Part shown: piece by piece, positions 1-10,071 of the stretch
Numbering within the stretch: position 1 is the first letter of the stretch
Layout of the letters: each line of letters opens with the position of its first letter
DNA from: a virus
Lineage: Duplodnaviria; Caudoviricetes
DNA length: 54,096 nucleotides
IMG/VR virus record: IMGVR_UViG_3300005613_000081
Span: 1-54,096 of that record
Strand: one strand, 5' to 3'
The notes under the pieces: model-generated
Told to the model about the DNA's origin: nothing
Database searches by the model: none
The model's input: the letters and a program-made list of their open reading frames with translations, nothing else
Made by a program: the position numbers and the translations under genes

Positions 1-1314
1 TCTGAAGAGGCTCATAAAACTGTTCTTGATAAAATAAATAAATTGTATAAATCTGGTGATCTTGAAGGAGCGGCGGAGTTATCGATGACATCTGGCCAAG
101 GTTTAGGAGAAGGTATGGAAGTTTATAAGGTGGCTAAAGAATTGGTGGAGTCTGGTAAGTTGAGCGAGGGGGTTTCTAAATTATCAGCAGCTGGTCCAAT
201 ACAAAAAATAGTTTCAAAAGCTGGCGATAAATCTGCTTTTGATGCTTTTTCAGATTTTATAAAATCCTTTCAGTTTGGTGGTGAGATACCAAAATATAAA
301 GAGGGTATAAATTATGTGCCTAGAGACCAACTAGCTTACTTACATAAAGGTGAAAAAGTGATACCAGCTTTTGGTAATGGTGGTCAAGTGGAAGGTGGCA
401 AATCTATTGATATTAGTACTTTTACAAATAATATAACAAAAGCTGTAGAAAATGGAATAAAGAGGGCTAAGTTGGAAATAGATGTTGATACCAGTGACTT
501 GCCAGACTCAATACCTGTATCATTACCAGATGGCGGATTAGTAGCTACCATTAGTGAGTCAGACAGAAAAATGTTGCCTCCTGAAAATATACCTGCTTTA
601 GTTATTTCTGATGCTAGTATAAGCAGGATAAATGATACTATTAAATCTGCTTTATCTAACCCCATTAAAGTAGAGGGGTCTAATAATAGTGTTGGGGCTG
701 ATAGGATTAATGGTATAAATGAGATAAAAGATTTATTAGAAAACAGGCTATCTGTGTTAGAAAAGGCTCAAATTGAAGATTCTGTGGAATTTTTAGATAT
801 AAATAGAAAAATAAAAGAAATAGATGTTAATAGTATTGTTAGAAAGAATGATTTAGTTAATTTTGTAACACAAACCAATGTTGAAGATATAGTTAGAAAT
901 AATATTCCAGATGATATTGTTAAGAAGGATGATTTAGTTAATTTTGTAACACAGGCTGATGTTGAAGATATAGTTAGAAATAATATTCCATATGATATGG
1001 ACCAGTTTAAAGATAATACTGATATATCCATATCTGATATTAATTATAAGTTGGATAAAATAGGGTCGGATATTAGTGATATATATAGTAATATATATAC
1101 AAAAAGTAATAGTAAATCAGATTTTGTAAAGGCAGAGTCTCAATTATATAAAAGGTTACATGAGTTATTAAATGATTTAGAAAATAATAAATTAACTCCT
1201 ATGGAATTGAAGTTATCTACAATTGACCGTTCTTTAACTGATATGGATATGGATATTAAGGATAATTTTGATAGAATATCTGCTGTTGATATTAGAAGTG
1301 GTTTGAATATATAA
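1..1314 (+). CDS. 3' part of a probable tail tape-measure protein (5'-truncated by the window)
   Basis: Frame 1 is open from base 1. It contains FQFGG...KYKEGINYVPRDQLAYLHKGEKVIP, the YVP.D..A.LH.GE.V.P motif typical of tape-measure C-terminal regions, and lies directly upstream of hub/tail-like genes. Confidence 0.65.
   Translation, partial: SEEAHKTVLDKINKLYKSGDLEGAAELSMTSGQGLGEGMEVYKVAKELVESGKLSEGVSKLSAAGPIQKIVSKAGDKSAFDAFSDFIKSFQFGGEIPKYKEGINYVPRDQLAYLHKGEKVIPAFGNGGQVEGGKSIDISTFTNNITKAVENGIKRAKLEIDVDTSDLPDSIPVSLPDGGLVATISESDRKMLPPENIPALVISDASISRINDTIKSALSNPIKVEGSNNSVGADRINGINEIKDLLENRLSVLEKAQIEDSVEFLDINRKIKEIDVNSIVRKNDLVNFVTQTNVEDIVRNNIPDDIVKKDDLVNFVTQADVEDIVRNNIPYDMDQFKDNTDISISDINYKLDKIGSDISDIYSNIYTKSNSKSDFVKAESQLYKRLHELLNDLENNKLTPMELKLSTIDRSLTDMDMDIKDNFDRISAVDIRSGLNI
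841..996 (+). repeat. In-frame 81-bp (27-aa) tandem duplication
   Basis: gatttagttaattttgtaacaca starts at 850 and at 931; gttgaagatatagttagaaataatattcca also occurs twice. The protein reads KNDLVNFVTQTNVEDIVRNNIPDDIVK / KDDLVNFVTQADVEDIVRNNIPYD. Confidence 0.9.
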
Positions 1315-1326
1315 TATAAGGGGTAT

Positions 1327-3414
1327 ATGATGGCTGAAGATGCTTTACAATTTTATGAATGGAATGGTTTAGGAGAAAATTGGATTACTAGTGAGGAATC
1401 TTTTGATAGTGATTATCCTTCTAGACCGTTTGATCAATTTGGGCAATCAGTAGCTGCGTGGGTAATAGAAACTGTATTTAATTTGGATTTAGAAGGTAGT
1501 AGTTATGGTGGGTCATTGCCGGGATATGATGTTCGTGATAGAGATGCTTACCAAGTAATACAACTATCGTTATCTAGTGAATTAGCAAATGATAAAGTTG
1601 TTGAGTGTTATGCCACTCCGGAAGGCGCAGTCAAATTTTTCGAGATAGGTAATAATAGTAGTTCAATCAGTAGTAGTGTGTTGTATAAGATTGATGGTGG
1701 GGAGTTAAGACCTAAATGTGATAAAGTGCTAGTTACTGGATATGATCCTCCTCCTAAAAGATATACTAAAGAGCCGTCTTTTGATTTATTTACACTTATT
1801 AAAGATAATACTCGTACAATACCTGAAGATGATCTTGATGTAGATTATTATAAATATCCTAGGTATCATGTATATGGAGATGTGTTGGGACCTTCAGCTT
1901 GTGACTATTATAGAGAAGGGTTTATTGAATATGGTAAACTAGATTTTGATATGAGGGAGGTTGTATGTGGTGAAGAGGATTGGAAGATAGAAAAAATATC
2001 CAGTTATATTTATAAAATTACAGTTCCTTTTTATAGTGCTGGTAGTACGGATGTAGAATTTTTGAATACTTCGCCGAGATATATGGAATTATCAAGTTTT
2101 GGTAAATTACAAAAAAGGAATTGGAAAGCTAGAGGTATTTATATGGCTTCTATGTGTCTTCCAGAGACTGATATAGCTTCAGATGTAGGTGTATTTTTGG
2201 AAGAAAGTAATTCAGAAAAGTTTTTGGGAGTTAGGTCTGTTTATATATGGGGATTTCCAGTAAAGAATATAAAGGATGGTGAAACTTCCGATTATAGGCC
2301 TAGTACTGATTTGGAACTCGATGTGGAAACTTTTTTATGTGAACCTTATCAATTAACCGAGGGTGAAGATTATCTTATAAGACGTGTTAGTGAAGACCCG
2401 GAAAGTGGGTATAAAATAATATTTTCTCATAATGTAAGTGAGGATTATGAAGGTCTCTTTGGTTCTAATTCAACTTCTTTTAGGGTGAATGGTAATAATT
2501 CTATTTATAGACTTAATGATGACTCTATTACTAGTCTTAGTTCTATTTCTTCTGAAATGATATCTGGAGTTTTAAGAGATGCTACAACTCAAGTTAATAA
2601 TACTAGTACTTATTATGGTAAGTTTTTTCCTAAAGGAGAAGGTGAGTCTGCGTATGTGTTACCAGTAGAGAATGGGTGCGGTACTAATGATGTAAAACCT
2701 GGTAAAATAATAGTGGTTTATGAATGGGATAATCCGTGTGTGCATATTACTGATTTAAGAAATATTATTACTCAGACTAATTTAGAATCTGTCACAGTGG
2801 ATATGTATCCTATAATTATAAGGGATGAACAACCGCCAAAAGTCATATGTGATGGAGGCGGTAGTAAAGTTTTGGACCAGAGAGAAGTTATTCCAGATTT
2901 TAATTCTAGTACTATTGAAAATTTACAAGAAACCGAATATGCTAGAGCAACTACTATGTTAGAGCAGGGTGATATAAGTGTTGTAATGCCATTTGCTGAT
3001 GAGGAGGAGTGTAAATCTATAGCTAGTTTTATTTATAATCAACAAAATCAAGTTGCTCATTATGTTACTTATACTTGTGATCCTAGCGCTGAACCAGTTT
3101 TAGGTGAGGTTATAGAAGGTAATGTTATTAATGAGATTACGTACTCTTATCAAGATAGTAGTCAGTATTTAATCTCTGTGAGATCTGGATCTATATGGCA
3201 AGGATTAAATTCATTTAGTCAGTCTATTTATAATATGGAAACAGAGGAGATTCAAGAAGAAGGTCTTGTAGTAGGTGTTGCTTCTGATAATATTAAATGT
3301 GTTGTTGATTTGAAGCATATAGGAGTTATGGAATGTGTTAATATATCTAAGGATATTGTAGAAGTTGGAGATAAAGTACAAGTTACTGTACAAAATAATC
3401 CAAAAAGATTATAA
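1327..3414 (+). CDS. Virion protein, possible baseplate hub/tail-tip protein with a C-terminal OB-fold-like segment
   Basis: 695-aa ORF directly after the tape measure. The C-terminus (GLVVGV...CVVDL...VEVGDKVQVTV) resembles an OB-fold, and the preceding EEECKSIASFIY...VINEITYSY segment resembles hub-type domains. Function is inferred. Confidence 0.4.
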   Translation: MMAEDALQFYEWNGLGENWITSEESFDSDYPSRPFDQFGQSVAAWVIETVFNLDLEGSSYGGSLPGYDVRDRDAYQVIQLSLSSELANDKVVECYATPEGAVKFFEIGNNSSSISSSVLYKIDGGELRPKCDKVLVTGYDPPPKRYTKEPSFDLFTLIKDNTRTIPEDDLDVDYYKYPRYHVYGDVLGPSACDYYREGFIEYGKLDFDMREVVCGEEDWKIEKISSYIYKITVPFYSAGSTDVEFLNTSPRYMELSSFGKLQKRNWKARGIYMASMCLPETDIASDVGVFLEESNSEKFLGVRSVYIWGFPVKNIKDGETSDYRPSTDLELDVETFLCEPYQLTEGEDYLIRRVSEDPESGYKIIFSHNVSEDYEGLFGSNSTSFRVNGNNSIYRLNDDSITSLSSISSEMISGVLRDATTQVNNTSTYYGKFFPKGEGESAYVLPVENGCGTNDVKPGKIIVVYEWDNPCVHITDLRNIITQTNLESVTVDMYPIIIRDEQPPKVICDGGGSKVLDQREVIPDFNSSTIENLQETEYARATTMLEQGDISVVMPFADEEECKSIASFIYNQQNQVAHYVTYTCDPSAEPVLGEVIEGNVINEITYSYQDSSQYLISVRSGSIWQGLNSFSQSIYNMETEEIQEEGLVVGVASDNIKCVVDLKHIGVMECVNISKDIVEVGDKVQVTVQNNPKRL

Positions 3415-3429
3415 TGGGAGGAGTAAGTA

Positions 3430-4059
3430 ATGTCTGTATCGTTAGATAATCAACCAGTTAGAGCAGAAGTTTATGTTGGTGATTTAGGTACTATAAGTAC
3501 TCCTTATGTAGTTTCTTTTAATGTTAGGAAATCCAGAGGACAAATGTGTTCAACTTTTCAAGCTAGTTTGAAAATTGATATTGATGAATTAGCCAGTACT
3601 ACTGATGTAATAAATGAAAATATTATTATAAAGGCTGGGCTTAGAGGATCATTAAAAACAATATTTACTGGAAAAGTTTTTAGTTGTGTGATTAATCCAG
3701 TTAGGACTGATGCTTCCAAAGTTATGTTGAATTTAACTGGTAAAGATGTTTTGTGTAGGTTAGAAGGACAAAAGATTAATAGACGTATAAAAACTTATAG
3801 AGATGGCAGTGACCCTCCTGGAAGAGTTGGGTATATTAATAGTGTTTCAAGGAAAAACATTCCTATTAGACAGAAGTTTAAAACAAAGCTTTTTACTGAT
3901 GATCCAACCTGTATTAATACAAATTTAGATGAACGTGTGATTAAGACCTTTAAAGCTTATACTGATTCTGTTGTTGATCAAAAAGTAAGAGAGATAAGTA
4001 GATCTATTATTGGTTCTGATATTCAATCTCAAGTTATAGAAAGGGGTGGTCAAGGATAA
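3430..4059 (+). CDS. Baseplate hub-like protein (Mu gp44/P2 gpD-type N-terminal pattern)
   Basis: VSFNVRKSRGQMCSTFQASL...IIIKAG...KTIFTGKV...LNLTGKDVL follows the hub-family pattern. RBS ggaggag lies upstream. Confidence 0.5.
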   Translation: MSVSLDNQPVRAEVYVGDLGTISTPYVVSFNVRKSRGQMCSTFQASLKIDIDELASTTDVINENIIIKAGLRGSLKTIFTGKVFSCVINPVRTDASKVMLNLTGKDVLCRLEGQKINRRIKTYRDGSDPPGRVGYINSVSRKNIPIRQKFKTKLFTDDPTCINTNLDERVIKTFKAYTDSVVDQKVREISRSIIGSDIQSQVIERGGQG

Positions 4060-4442
4060 TGAAATTAAAGAGTGATAATATAGCTAATATGTCTTGTGGA
4101 GTTGGTGACAAGCTAAAAATATCTAGACCTATTGGGTATAAGCCAACAACTTGGGCGTCTGATTTAAATGAAAAATTTTTTCTTAATGGTTTTAAAGTTA
4201 TATATACAGAAATTGGTGAATTCGAAGGATCACCAGATGATACTGGTAATCATGTTTATTATAGACATAAAAAGAGTGGTCAACAAATTATAGAATTTAT
4301 ATCGAAAGGCTTAGGCACTGTTTATTTTTATTTAGTTTTAGAAGGAGTAATGCCACATGATCATGCAAGTATACCACAAGGTGGTCCAGCCTATGCAACA
4401 TATTTTTCTGAAGCTGCAGAACAAATTGAGGAGGGATCTTAA
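4059..4442 (+). CDS. Hypothetical tail protein with a PHDH motif
   Basis: Translationally coupled (TAATG) on both sides. The C-terminal PHDHAS..GG has an HxH pattern. Confidence 0.6.
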   Translation: MKLKSDNIANMSCGVGDKLKISRPIGYKPTTWASDLNEKFFLNGFKVIYTEIGEFEGSPDDTGNHVYYRHKKSGQQIIEFISKGLGTVYFYLVLEGVMPHDHASIPQGGPAYATYFSEAAEQIEEGS

Positions 4443-5047
4443 TGGCCAGTTGTTCATGTGATTTAGCGGCTGAGTTTCCTATTACTACGCAAAAGTTGGG
4501 CATAACTTCAGCCTCGTTGCGTTCTAATACAAATATAATGTTAACTGAAGATGGTGTTGCTTTACGTGGATTAACACTTGGTGATTTATCTATAACAGCT
4601 TATACTGGTGAATCTACTGAAAGTTTAGCATGTTCAGGTAGAGCTGGTGTTAGTTTTGAATGGGACCAGCGAATAAGCTGTGATGGGATTTTGAAAGTAT
4701 ATTTTATCCCTAGGGGTAAAAGTAAGTCTTTTACAGAAGGTGATACTAGTAGTAATATATCATTAGGCAACGTGATTGACACGTATACTACTTTTAATGC
4801 TTCTGCTGGTAGTGGCCCTGCTACGCCTTATTTTAGTACTTTACATAATGATGGTTGGGGGTTTAGTTACAAAGGCAGTCCGTTAGGTATTAGTGATGTT
4901 AATGGAGAAAGTTCTACTGGGGTTAGTTTTTTAGGGTGTTTACCAGACAATGCTGAGTTGTATTTGACTAGTTTTAATTGGGAGTATACCCCGCCTTCTA
5001 TGCCTACAGTTTCGTATTCATTTATATTTGTTGGTAATGTAGTATAA
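4442..5047 (+). CDS. Hypothetical beta-rich tail protein
   Basis: 201-aa ORF with TAATG coupling and RBS gaggga. Its C-terminal LYLTSFNWEYTP..PTVSYSF resembles MFLMSYSYSKTDP...TESWSF in 5633..6313. Confidence 0.65.
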   Translation: MASCSCDLAAEFPITTQKLGITSASLRSNTNIMLTEDGVALRGLTLGDLSITAYTGESTESLACSGRAGVSFEWDQRISCDGILKVYFIPRGKSKSFTEGDTSSNISLGNVIDTYTTFNASAGSGPATPYFSTLHNDGWGFSYKGSPLGISDVNGESSTGVSFLGCLPDNAELYLTSFNWEYTPPSMPTVSYSFIFVGNVV

Positions 5048-5064
5048 AATTTGGAGGATAAATA

Positions 5065-5358
5065 ATGTTAAATGTTCCCTATGAAACTGATTCTTATACA
5101 TTAAGGTCTGCTGGTCCAATCCCAGTAAGTACTGGTAATTTTATAGTACAAACTTTTGGTGTAAATAAAAGTGTTATAAAAACTTATGAGGCTACTACAA
5201 GTTTGTTAAGGTCTGATGATATGGCTGGTCAAGGTGGGGATTATATTTCAGCTAGTTATAGCAGGCTTCCTTATTTAACTGAAGGTGGCCAGGAGGTTTT
5301 TAGTGGGTCTGAGGTAGTCAAGCCTGTTTTTATAAATAACCATGAATTAGAAATTTAA
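5065..5358 (+). CDS. Hypothetical protein
   Basis: 97-aa ORF with RBS ggagga, in the operon. Confidence 0.7.
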   Translation: MLNVPYETDSYTLRSAGPIPVSTGNFIVQTFGVNKSVIKTYEATTSLLRSDDMAGQGGDYISASYSRLPYLTEGGQEVFSGSEVVKPVFINNHELEI

Positions 5359-5375
5359 TTATTGGGGGTTGTAAT

Positions 5376-5609
5376 ATGGCCGAATTTGTAGAATGCTCTT
5401 CTGTTTCTATCCAGTACGATGCTACTGGTAAAGCCAGTGTTTCATTTAATGTTATAAAAGATAGTAGTAGTGAAGTTACTGGTCATAATAGTTTTAGTTA
5501 TGGAGGGGTTAGTTTTGATGGTGTGGTTATGAAAAAAGAGCAACAATATATAAGAGGGAGTGGTAATTGGTTTCAATGGTCGATACAATGGCAGGGAGTA
5601 GGTAATTAA
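5376..5609 (+). CDS. Hypothetical small beta-rich protein
   Basis: 77-aa ORF with RBS-like ggggg, in the operon. Confidence 0.7.
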   Translation: MAEFVECSSVSIQYDATGKASVSFNVIKDSSSEVTGHNSFSYGGVSFDGVVMKKEQQYIRGSGNWFQWSIQWQGVGN

Positions 5610-5632
5610 AATTAAAAAGGAGATGATATAAT

Positions 5633-6313
5633 ATGTCTATAATAATTGGTAGTATGACTACTGTGAATATCGATGGTTCAGATGGATTTCAGTCTATTAA
5701 TTGGGCAACACAGGTGTCGCCAAACAGATTGTGGGAATTAGGTAGTTGGGATCCATATAAAACACAAGTAACAAAAACGATTACTGTGAATGTTACAACA
5801 TATGCTGATGTACTTAGTCCAGTATCTTTGAGTCCAAGTGTTACGTGTACTAATAGTACTGCTACAAAAGACGTTAGTATTAGTGTAGCTGCTTGTGGGC
5901 CTGGTGGCACTACTGTAAATTTTAATGAGAGTAATATGTTTTTAATGAGTTATTCATATTCAAAGACTGATCCTATAGCTTTTGGTACTGAAAGTTGGTC
6001 TTTCCAAAAATGGGTAAATGCCGATGCTAGTGGATCTGAATTTATAAATGTCACAGCTCCTACTTTTGTTATACAAGGTAGAGCTGAGGGTAATAAGAGT
6101 GGGGATGTTTCTAATTTAGGAATAACCTTGAATGGTGATGGTCAGGTTGTTGGTGAGCAAGGTAGCGTTTCTGCTGGATTTCCTGGAATAGGCAATGCTT
6201 CTGAGACTACTTATGGATTGGCCACTGCTGTTGGTGGAGCTACATTGGAGGAAACTGGTAAAGTTGGAGAATCTAGTGCTAGTGTTCCACATTCGCCGCT
6301 TTATTTAGGATAG
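5633..6313 (+). CDS. Possible tail tube-fold protein
   Basis: RBS aaggag. QSINW...PNRLWELGS..PY resembles the N-terminal pattern of tail-tube proteins; the protein is Thr/Ser/Gly-rich. Confidence 0.4.
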   Translation: MSIIIGSMTTVNIDGSDGFQSINWATQVSPNRLWELGSWDPYKTQVTKTITVNVTTYADVLSPVSLSPSVTCTNSTATKDVSISVAACGPGGTTVNFNESNMFLMSYSYSKTDPIAFGTESWSFQKWVNADASGSEFINVTAPTFVIQGRAEGNKSGDVSNLGITLNGDGQVVGEQGSVSAGFPGIGNASETTYGLATAVGGATLEETGKVGESSASVPHSPLYLG

Positions 6314-6347
6314 TTATTATAAAAGTTATAGAGGTGGTTATATAATT

Positions 6348-6770
6348 ATGTTATTAGGGGAGAAATATAGGTTAGAAATTCATTGGAATAAAATAAGATA
6401 TAATGAAGAAGGTGTAATTTATATTGACGGATGTTATTTTAGTGGACCAGTGTTAAGAGAAATTGAGATTTTGAATGAGAACGATTTTATAAGATTGGAT
6501 TTTATTAATCAATATATTGTTTTTATAAAGAATTATTATATTGCTAAATTGTTTTGGAATGGTGTTAGGTATACACCTACTAAAATATTTTTATATAATG
6601 TTACTTTAAATAATACTAATATAAACAATGTGCCTAAGTTACAAAACAATGACTATATTATAGTGGATACCAAAGACCATGAGGATGATAATCATCAATA
6701 TAATATGACCTATCCAGCTTATTTATTAAGACATGATGGGTTTTTGTATGATTTTAGTGAGAGGAGATAA
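6348..6770 (+). CDS. Hypothetical protein
   Basis: 140-aa ORF with RBS gaggtg; no recognisable motif. Confidence 0.7.
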   Translation: MLLGEKYRLEIHWNKIRYNEEGVIYIDGCYFSGPVLREIEILNENDFIRLDFINQYIVFIKNYYIAKLFWNGVRYTPTKIFLYNVTLNNTNINNVPKLQNNDYIIVDTKDHEDDNHQYNMTYPAYLLRHDGFLYDFSERR

Positions 6771-6772
6771 TA

Positions 6773-7186
6773 ATGCCTAGACATCCGTCAAGTAGATGTA
6801 ATTTAACTTGGGAACAGATATTTGGTACAAGTGCTTCAAATAATTTATCTCAATATAAACGTAATACTTGTATTGAGGAGACTGTAGATATAGAAACTGT
6901 CCAAATTAAAGCTCCTTGGGTTAGTTTAAACGATTTCCATTATTATCATATTAAATGCCCTTATTCGACTGAGGCGTCTATTCATACAGTAAGGAGTGAT
7001 GATGGCGATAGTTGGCAATATACAGATGTATCAAGTGAAGCAGATACTCATACATCTACTAGTGGTATTATGATTAGATATAATAGAGGATCAAAATATG
7101 GATACTTATGTGTTGACCCAAACTGCCCTTATTATAAAGGAACTGTAAGTGGTACTGAAGGTGGTAGTTGGTATTTTTATGTATAA
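6773..7186 (+). CDS. Hypothetical Cys-containing protein
   Basis: 137-aa ORF with RBS gaggag; contains KCPY and CVDPNCPYY, and TVSG. Confidence 0.7.
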   Translation: MPRHPSSRCNLTWEQIFGTSASNNLSQYKRNTCIEETVDIETVQIKAPWVSLNDFHYYHIKCPYSTEASIHTVRSDDGDSWQYTDVSSEADTHTSTSGIMIRYNRGSKYGYLCVDPNCPYYKGTVSGTEGGSWYFYV

Positions 7187-7220
7187 AGATTTATAAAATT
7201 TCATAAGGAGGAATTGAATT

Positions 7221-8207
7221 ATGGCTACAAGTGTAACTGTTTATGATTTAGAGAATTATCCAGATAATTCAAAAACTATTACTCTGGACCACAAAGCTGT
7301 TGTACCGGTTGGGGAAGAAGGAGATGAAAAGTGGGTATTGTCTTTTACAACTACTGCTTATTCTGATAATACTGAGCGTACAGCCATTTCTGATTTATAT
7401 ATTCAAGAGATGAAAGGCGGATGGTTGAAGAGTAGTGGTTTTGCAGGCAGTGGTGGTGGAAAATTTACTATAGGAGATAGTAGCAAGCAATTAAAAGTTA
7501 AATTGGATAATGTTACTGGTGCCGATGGTGAAGGCGGTTATTACGTTATAACTTTAACAACAGGTGTAAATTTAACTGGTGATGCTATTGCTCAAGATAT
7601 GGAAACTCAGTTAAGAGCTTTGCCAGATGATTCTGATTGGGTAACTGCTGATACAACTGCTGGATATGACTTATCTTATAGAAGTTGTACTGTTGAATTT
7701 AAAGATAGTAGGTTTTGGATAATTTCTGGATCTGTATCTGCGTATTATACTGGTGCTTCAAGGTCATCGGTGGATGTTGCTAAGGTTACTGCTGATACTT
7801 GTTATGAAACTTTGGGGTTTGATCTTTCTGTGGATAGTCAAACTATAGCCGGTGTTTCAATCAAAGAAGCTTTGGTAAGTGTGAATTATACTGCTAATAC
7901 TACTCCGTTATCTATAGGGGCTGGCACTGGTGTAGTAGTTGGTGATGCTCTTATGATTACTGATGGGACTAATACTAATTATTTTACAGCAATATCCGGC
8001 ACAACCGATACTAGTGTAGTTGTTGCTACAAGTGGTAATAATAATTATATGGGAATCAGTCATAGTTATGAAGCAGATGTATCTAAGGTTCAGATACTAA
8101 GAGAGCAAGATCCTCAGAATGAACCAGTTAGTTATTATGAAACTGTTGATTCTATTACTAGACGTGGGATTATGGATATCACAAATCAGATTGATTTCAG
8201 TTCTTAA
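7221..8207 (+). CDS. Virion structural protein carrying a sheath/flagellin insertion-like domain
   Basis: RBS aaggagg. The FTIG...L.V.LD...ITL..G..L....IA.D...ISGS...SSV.V...LGF segment is shared with 16931..18511 and 24425..31075. Confidence 0.6.
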   Translation: MATSVTVYDLENYPDNSKTITLDHKAVVPVGEEGDEKWVLSFTTTAYSDNTERTAISDLYIQEMKGGWLKSSGFAGSGGGKFTIGDSSKQLKVKLDNVTGADGEGGYYVITLTTGVNLTGDAIAQDMETQLRALPDDSDWVTADTTAGYDLSYRSCTVEFKDSRFWIISGSVSAYYTGASRSSVDVAKVTADTCYETLGFDLSVDSQTIAGVSIKEALVSVNYTANTTPLSIGAGTGVVVGDALMITDGTNTNYFTAISGTTDTSVVVATSGNNNYMGISHSYEADVSKVQILREQDPQNEPVSYYETVDSITRRGIMDITNQIDFSS

Positions 8208-8265
8208 GTAATTTTAATAAGTTATTAGAAGAGGTATTTTGAAATATAAAAAGAGGTAATTTAAA

Positions 8266-8775
8266 ATCGCTGATATTTATGTAAGAAATTCATTAGGAAA
8301 TTTAACTGTAAAATTCACTATTACTTTACGTTATTTTGTAATAAAAGGTGAGCATGGTGAATATATGTGGTCACTTGAGATAGGAACTACTCATTTGGAT
8401 GCGAATGGTGATGATATTTCGGCTAAAAAAATACATAATATATCTTCTGAGAATTTAGATGATGTTGTAGAATCCGCTCTATCTGATCTTTGTAGTTTAA
8501 TAGATTGGTCACCACTAGCTGAAGATAGGCGTGAGCCTTTTGTTGATTCTTATTCGCCTAGTGGTAGTAGTGTGCCTATTACTTCTAATATAAAAATGAT
8601 GCTTAAAGATAACTTGCCTTCTGGGGGGATAGATATTTCTGATATTAAAGTTGTTTTAAATAATAGTGTCCAAGATTTTGATATAACTGAAGATGTAGAG
8701 TTAGTTGATCAATATTATAATGAATATGAGTTTAAATGGACGCCACCATTAAGAGTGTATGATACATATGATTAA
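8266..8775 (+). CDS. Virion protein with an Ig-like C-terminal domain; probable start at ATC 8266 (ORF track starts at ATG 8365)
   Basis: The frame is open from 8260. RBS aagaggt (8251-8257) lies 8 nt before ATC GCT. The extension (TITL..FVIKGEHGEYMWSLEIGTT) aligns with the N-terminus of 7221..8207 (TITL...VVPVGEEGDEKWVLSFTTT). The C-terminus resembles the Ig-like repeats of 11721..14324. Confidence 0.65.
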   Translation: MADIYVRNSLGNLTVKFTITLRYFVIKGEHGEYMWSLEIGTTHLDANGDDISAKKIHNISSENLDDVVESALSDLCSLIDWSPLAEDRREPFVDSYSPSGSSVPITSNIKMMLKDNLPSGGIDISDIKVVLNNSVQDFDITEDVELVDQYYNEYEFKWTPPLRVYDTYD

Positions 8776-8789
8776 AAGGAGTAAATAAC

Positions 8790-10061
8790 ATGTCCTACGA
8801 GAACTTAAAATTAAGAAAAAGGAATTTTACTGTTGATCAGGGGTATTTTTATACTTTTGATGAAGATCAGGATAGTCTGCTTCAAAAGACAGATGATGGG
8901 AGTACTTCGTTCACATATCCACTTGACACTTTGATGACTCAGGAGGTGTTAAGTACTGAATATACAGATCCATATTTTTGGTCGCTTGAAAGTGTTAGTG
9001 GTTATTATAATATGGCTATTAAGCGGTGGAAGATAGATAATTATATTTGCAAGTTGCAGCAGACGTTTACTATAGCTTCTGGTACTGGTAACGTCCCATA
9101 TAATTATCTGTTTAGTTCTGAGGCTTTTTCAGTAGAGCATTATCATACAACTCTGAATGGAGCTACAGTAAGTGGTAGTAGTACTTTATATTTAAATGAA
9201 TATTCAGATAGTGATTCTATGAATTTTACTACTAGCAATGGAGGGCCTTTAGTTTTACATATTGGTCCTAATTCAAACGGGGAAGAAGAAGATGTAGATG
9301 TTTACACTACTATTTCTGGTGGAGTGACTATTAGTGGTACGATTCAATATAATTATGATTCTGGTGATAAGGTAAATTATTATACTTATTTTTGGTTATT
9401 TAATGATTATGATGGAGATGATAGTTCTACCGGAGCATTATATAAATTTGATGCGCATACTGGTGATTATATATCAAAATATTCTGGTGGAGCTTATAAA
9501 GATGTTTCAGCTGCTACTTTTTATAACGTGGATTCATTTACTGAATATGGAGATGTAGATACTTTAGCTTATGTTAAGGGTACTAATACTTTATTTGTTA
9601 ATGTTGGTTCTGATAGTTTATCATATTATGGGTCTATGGTAATGGATAATGTTGAGGACGACGAAGCTACACTTATTAAGGTTTATGATATGGTGATGGA
9701 TGATCAGAATGTTTATAGATTGCAAAAAAAGGCCACTTATTATGGTGATACTGAGAGTTGGACGTATTATAGTTATCAATTATCTAGTCTAGATTCTTTC
9801 GTCACCTCTATTTCATTAGCTGCTTATCCAGCTATTATAGCCGCTAATTTAGTTAGTAATTCTAGTATAGTTGCTTATGTAAAAGATCAGTTTTTACAAC
9901 CTATAGTTGGTAGGCTTGTTAATTTTACAGACGATAATACCGAGGGTATTATAATAGGGTCTCCTGATAATACTGATTCTGATGGGAAAGCTCAAGTAAC
10001 TTATAGATCTGGAGATGATGCAACAGAGGTTAAAATAACAGCTATTGTGGAACAAACATAA
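8790..10061 (+). CDS. Virion protein, paralog family 'MSYEN' copy 1, C-terminal Big-1 (invasin-type Ig) domain
   Basis: C-terminal SISLAAYPAIIAAN..S.IVAYVKDQF.QPI.G..VNF....TDSDGKAQVTY is a Big-1 pattern. Colinear with the next two genes. Confidence 0.7.
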   Translation: MSYENLKLRKRNFTVDQGYFYTFDEDQDSLLQKTDDGSTSFTYPLDTLMTQEVLSTEYTDPYFWSLESVSGYYNMAIKRWKIDNYICKLQQTFTIASGTGNVPYNYLFSSEAFSVEHYHTTLNGATVSGSSTLYLNEYSDSDSMNFTTSNGGPLVLHIGPNSNGEEEDVDVYTTISGGVTISGTIQYNYDSGDKVNYYTYFWLFNDYDGDDSSTGALYKFDAHTGDYISKYSGGAYKDVSAATFYNVDSFTEYGDVDTLAYVKGTNTLFVNVGSDSLSYYGSMVMDNVEDDEATLIKVYDMVMDDQNVYRLQKKATYYGDTESWTYYSYQLSSLDSFVTSISLAAYPAIIAANLVSNSSIVAYVKDQFLQPIVGRLVNFTDDNTEGIIIGSPDNTDSDGKAQVTYRSGDDATEVKITAIVEQT

Positions 10062-10071
10062 AGGGTAAATT

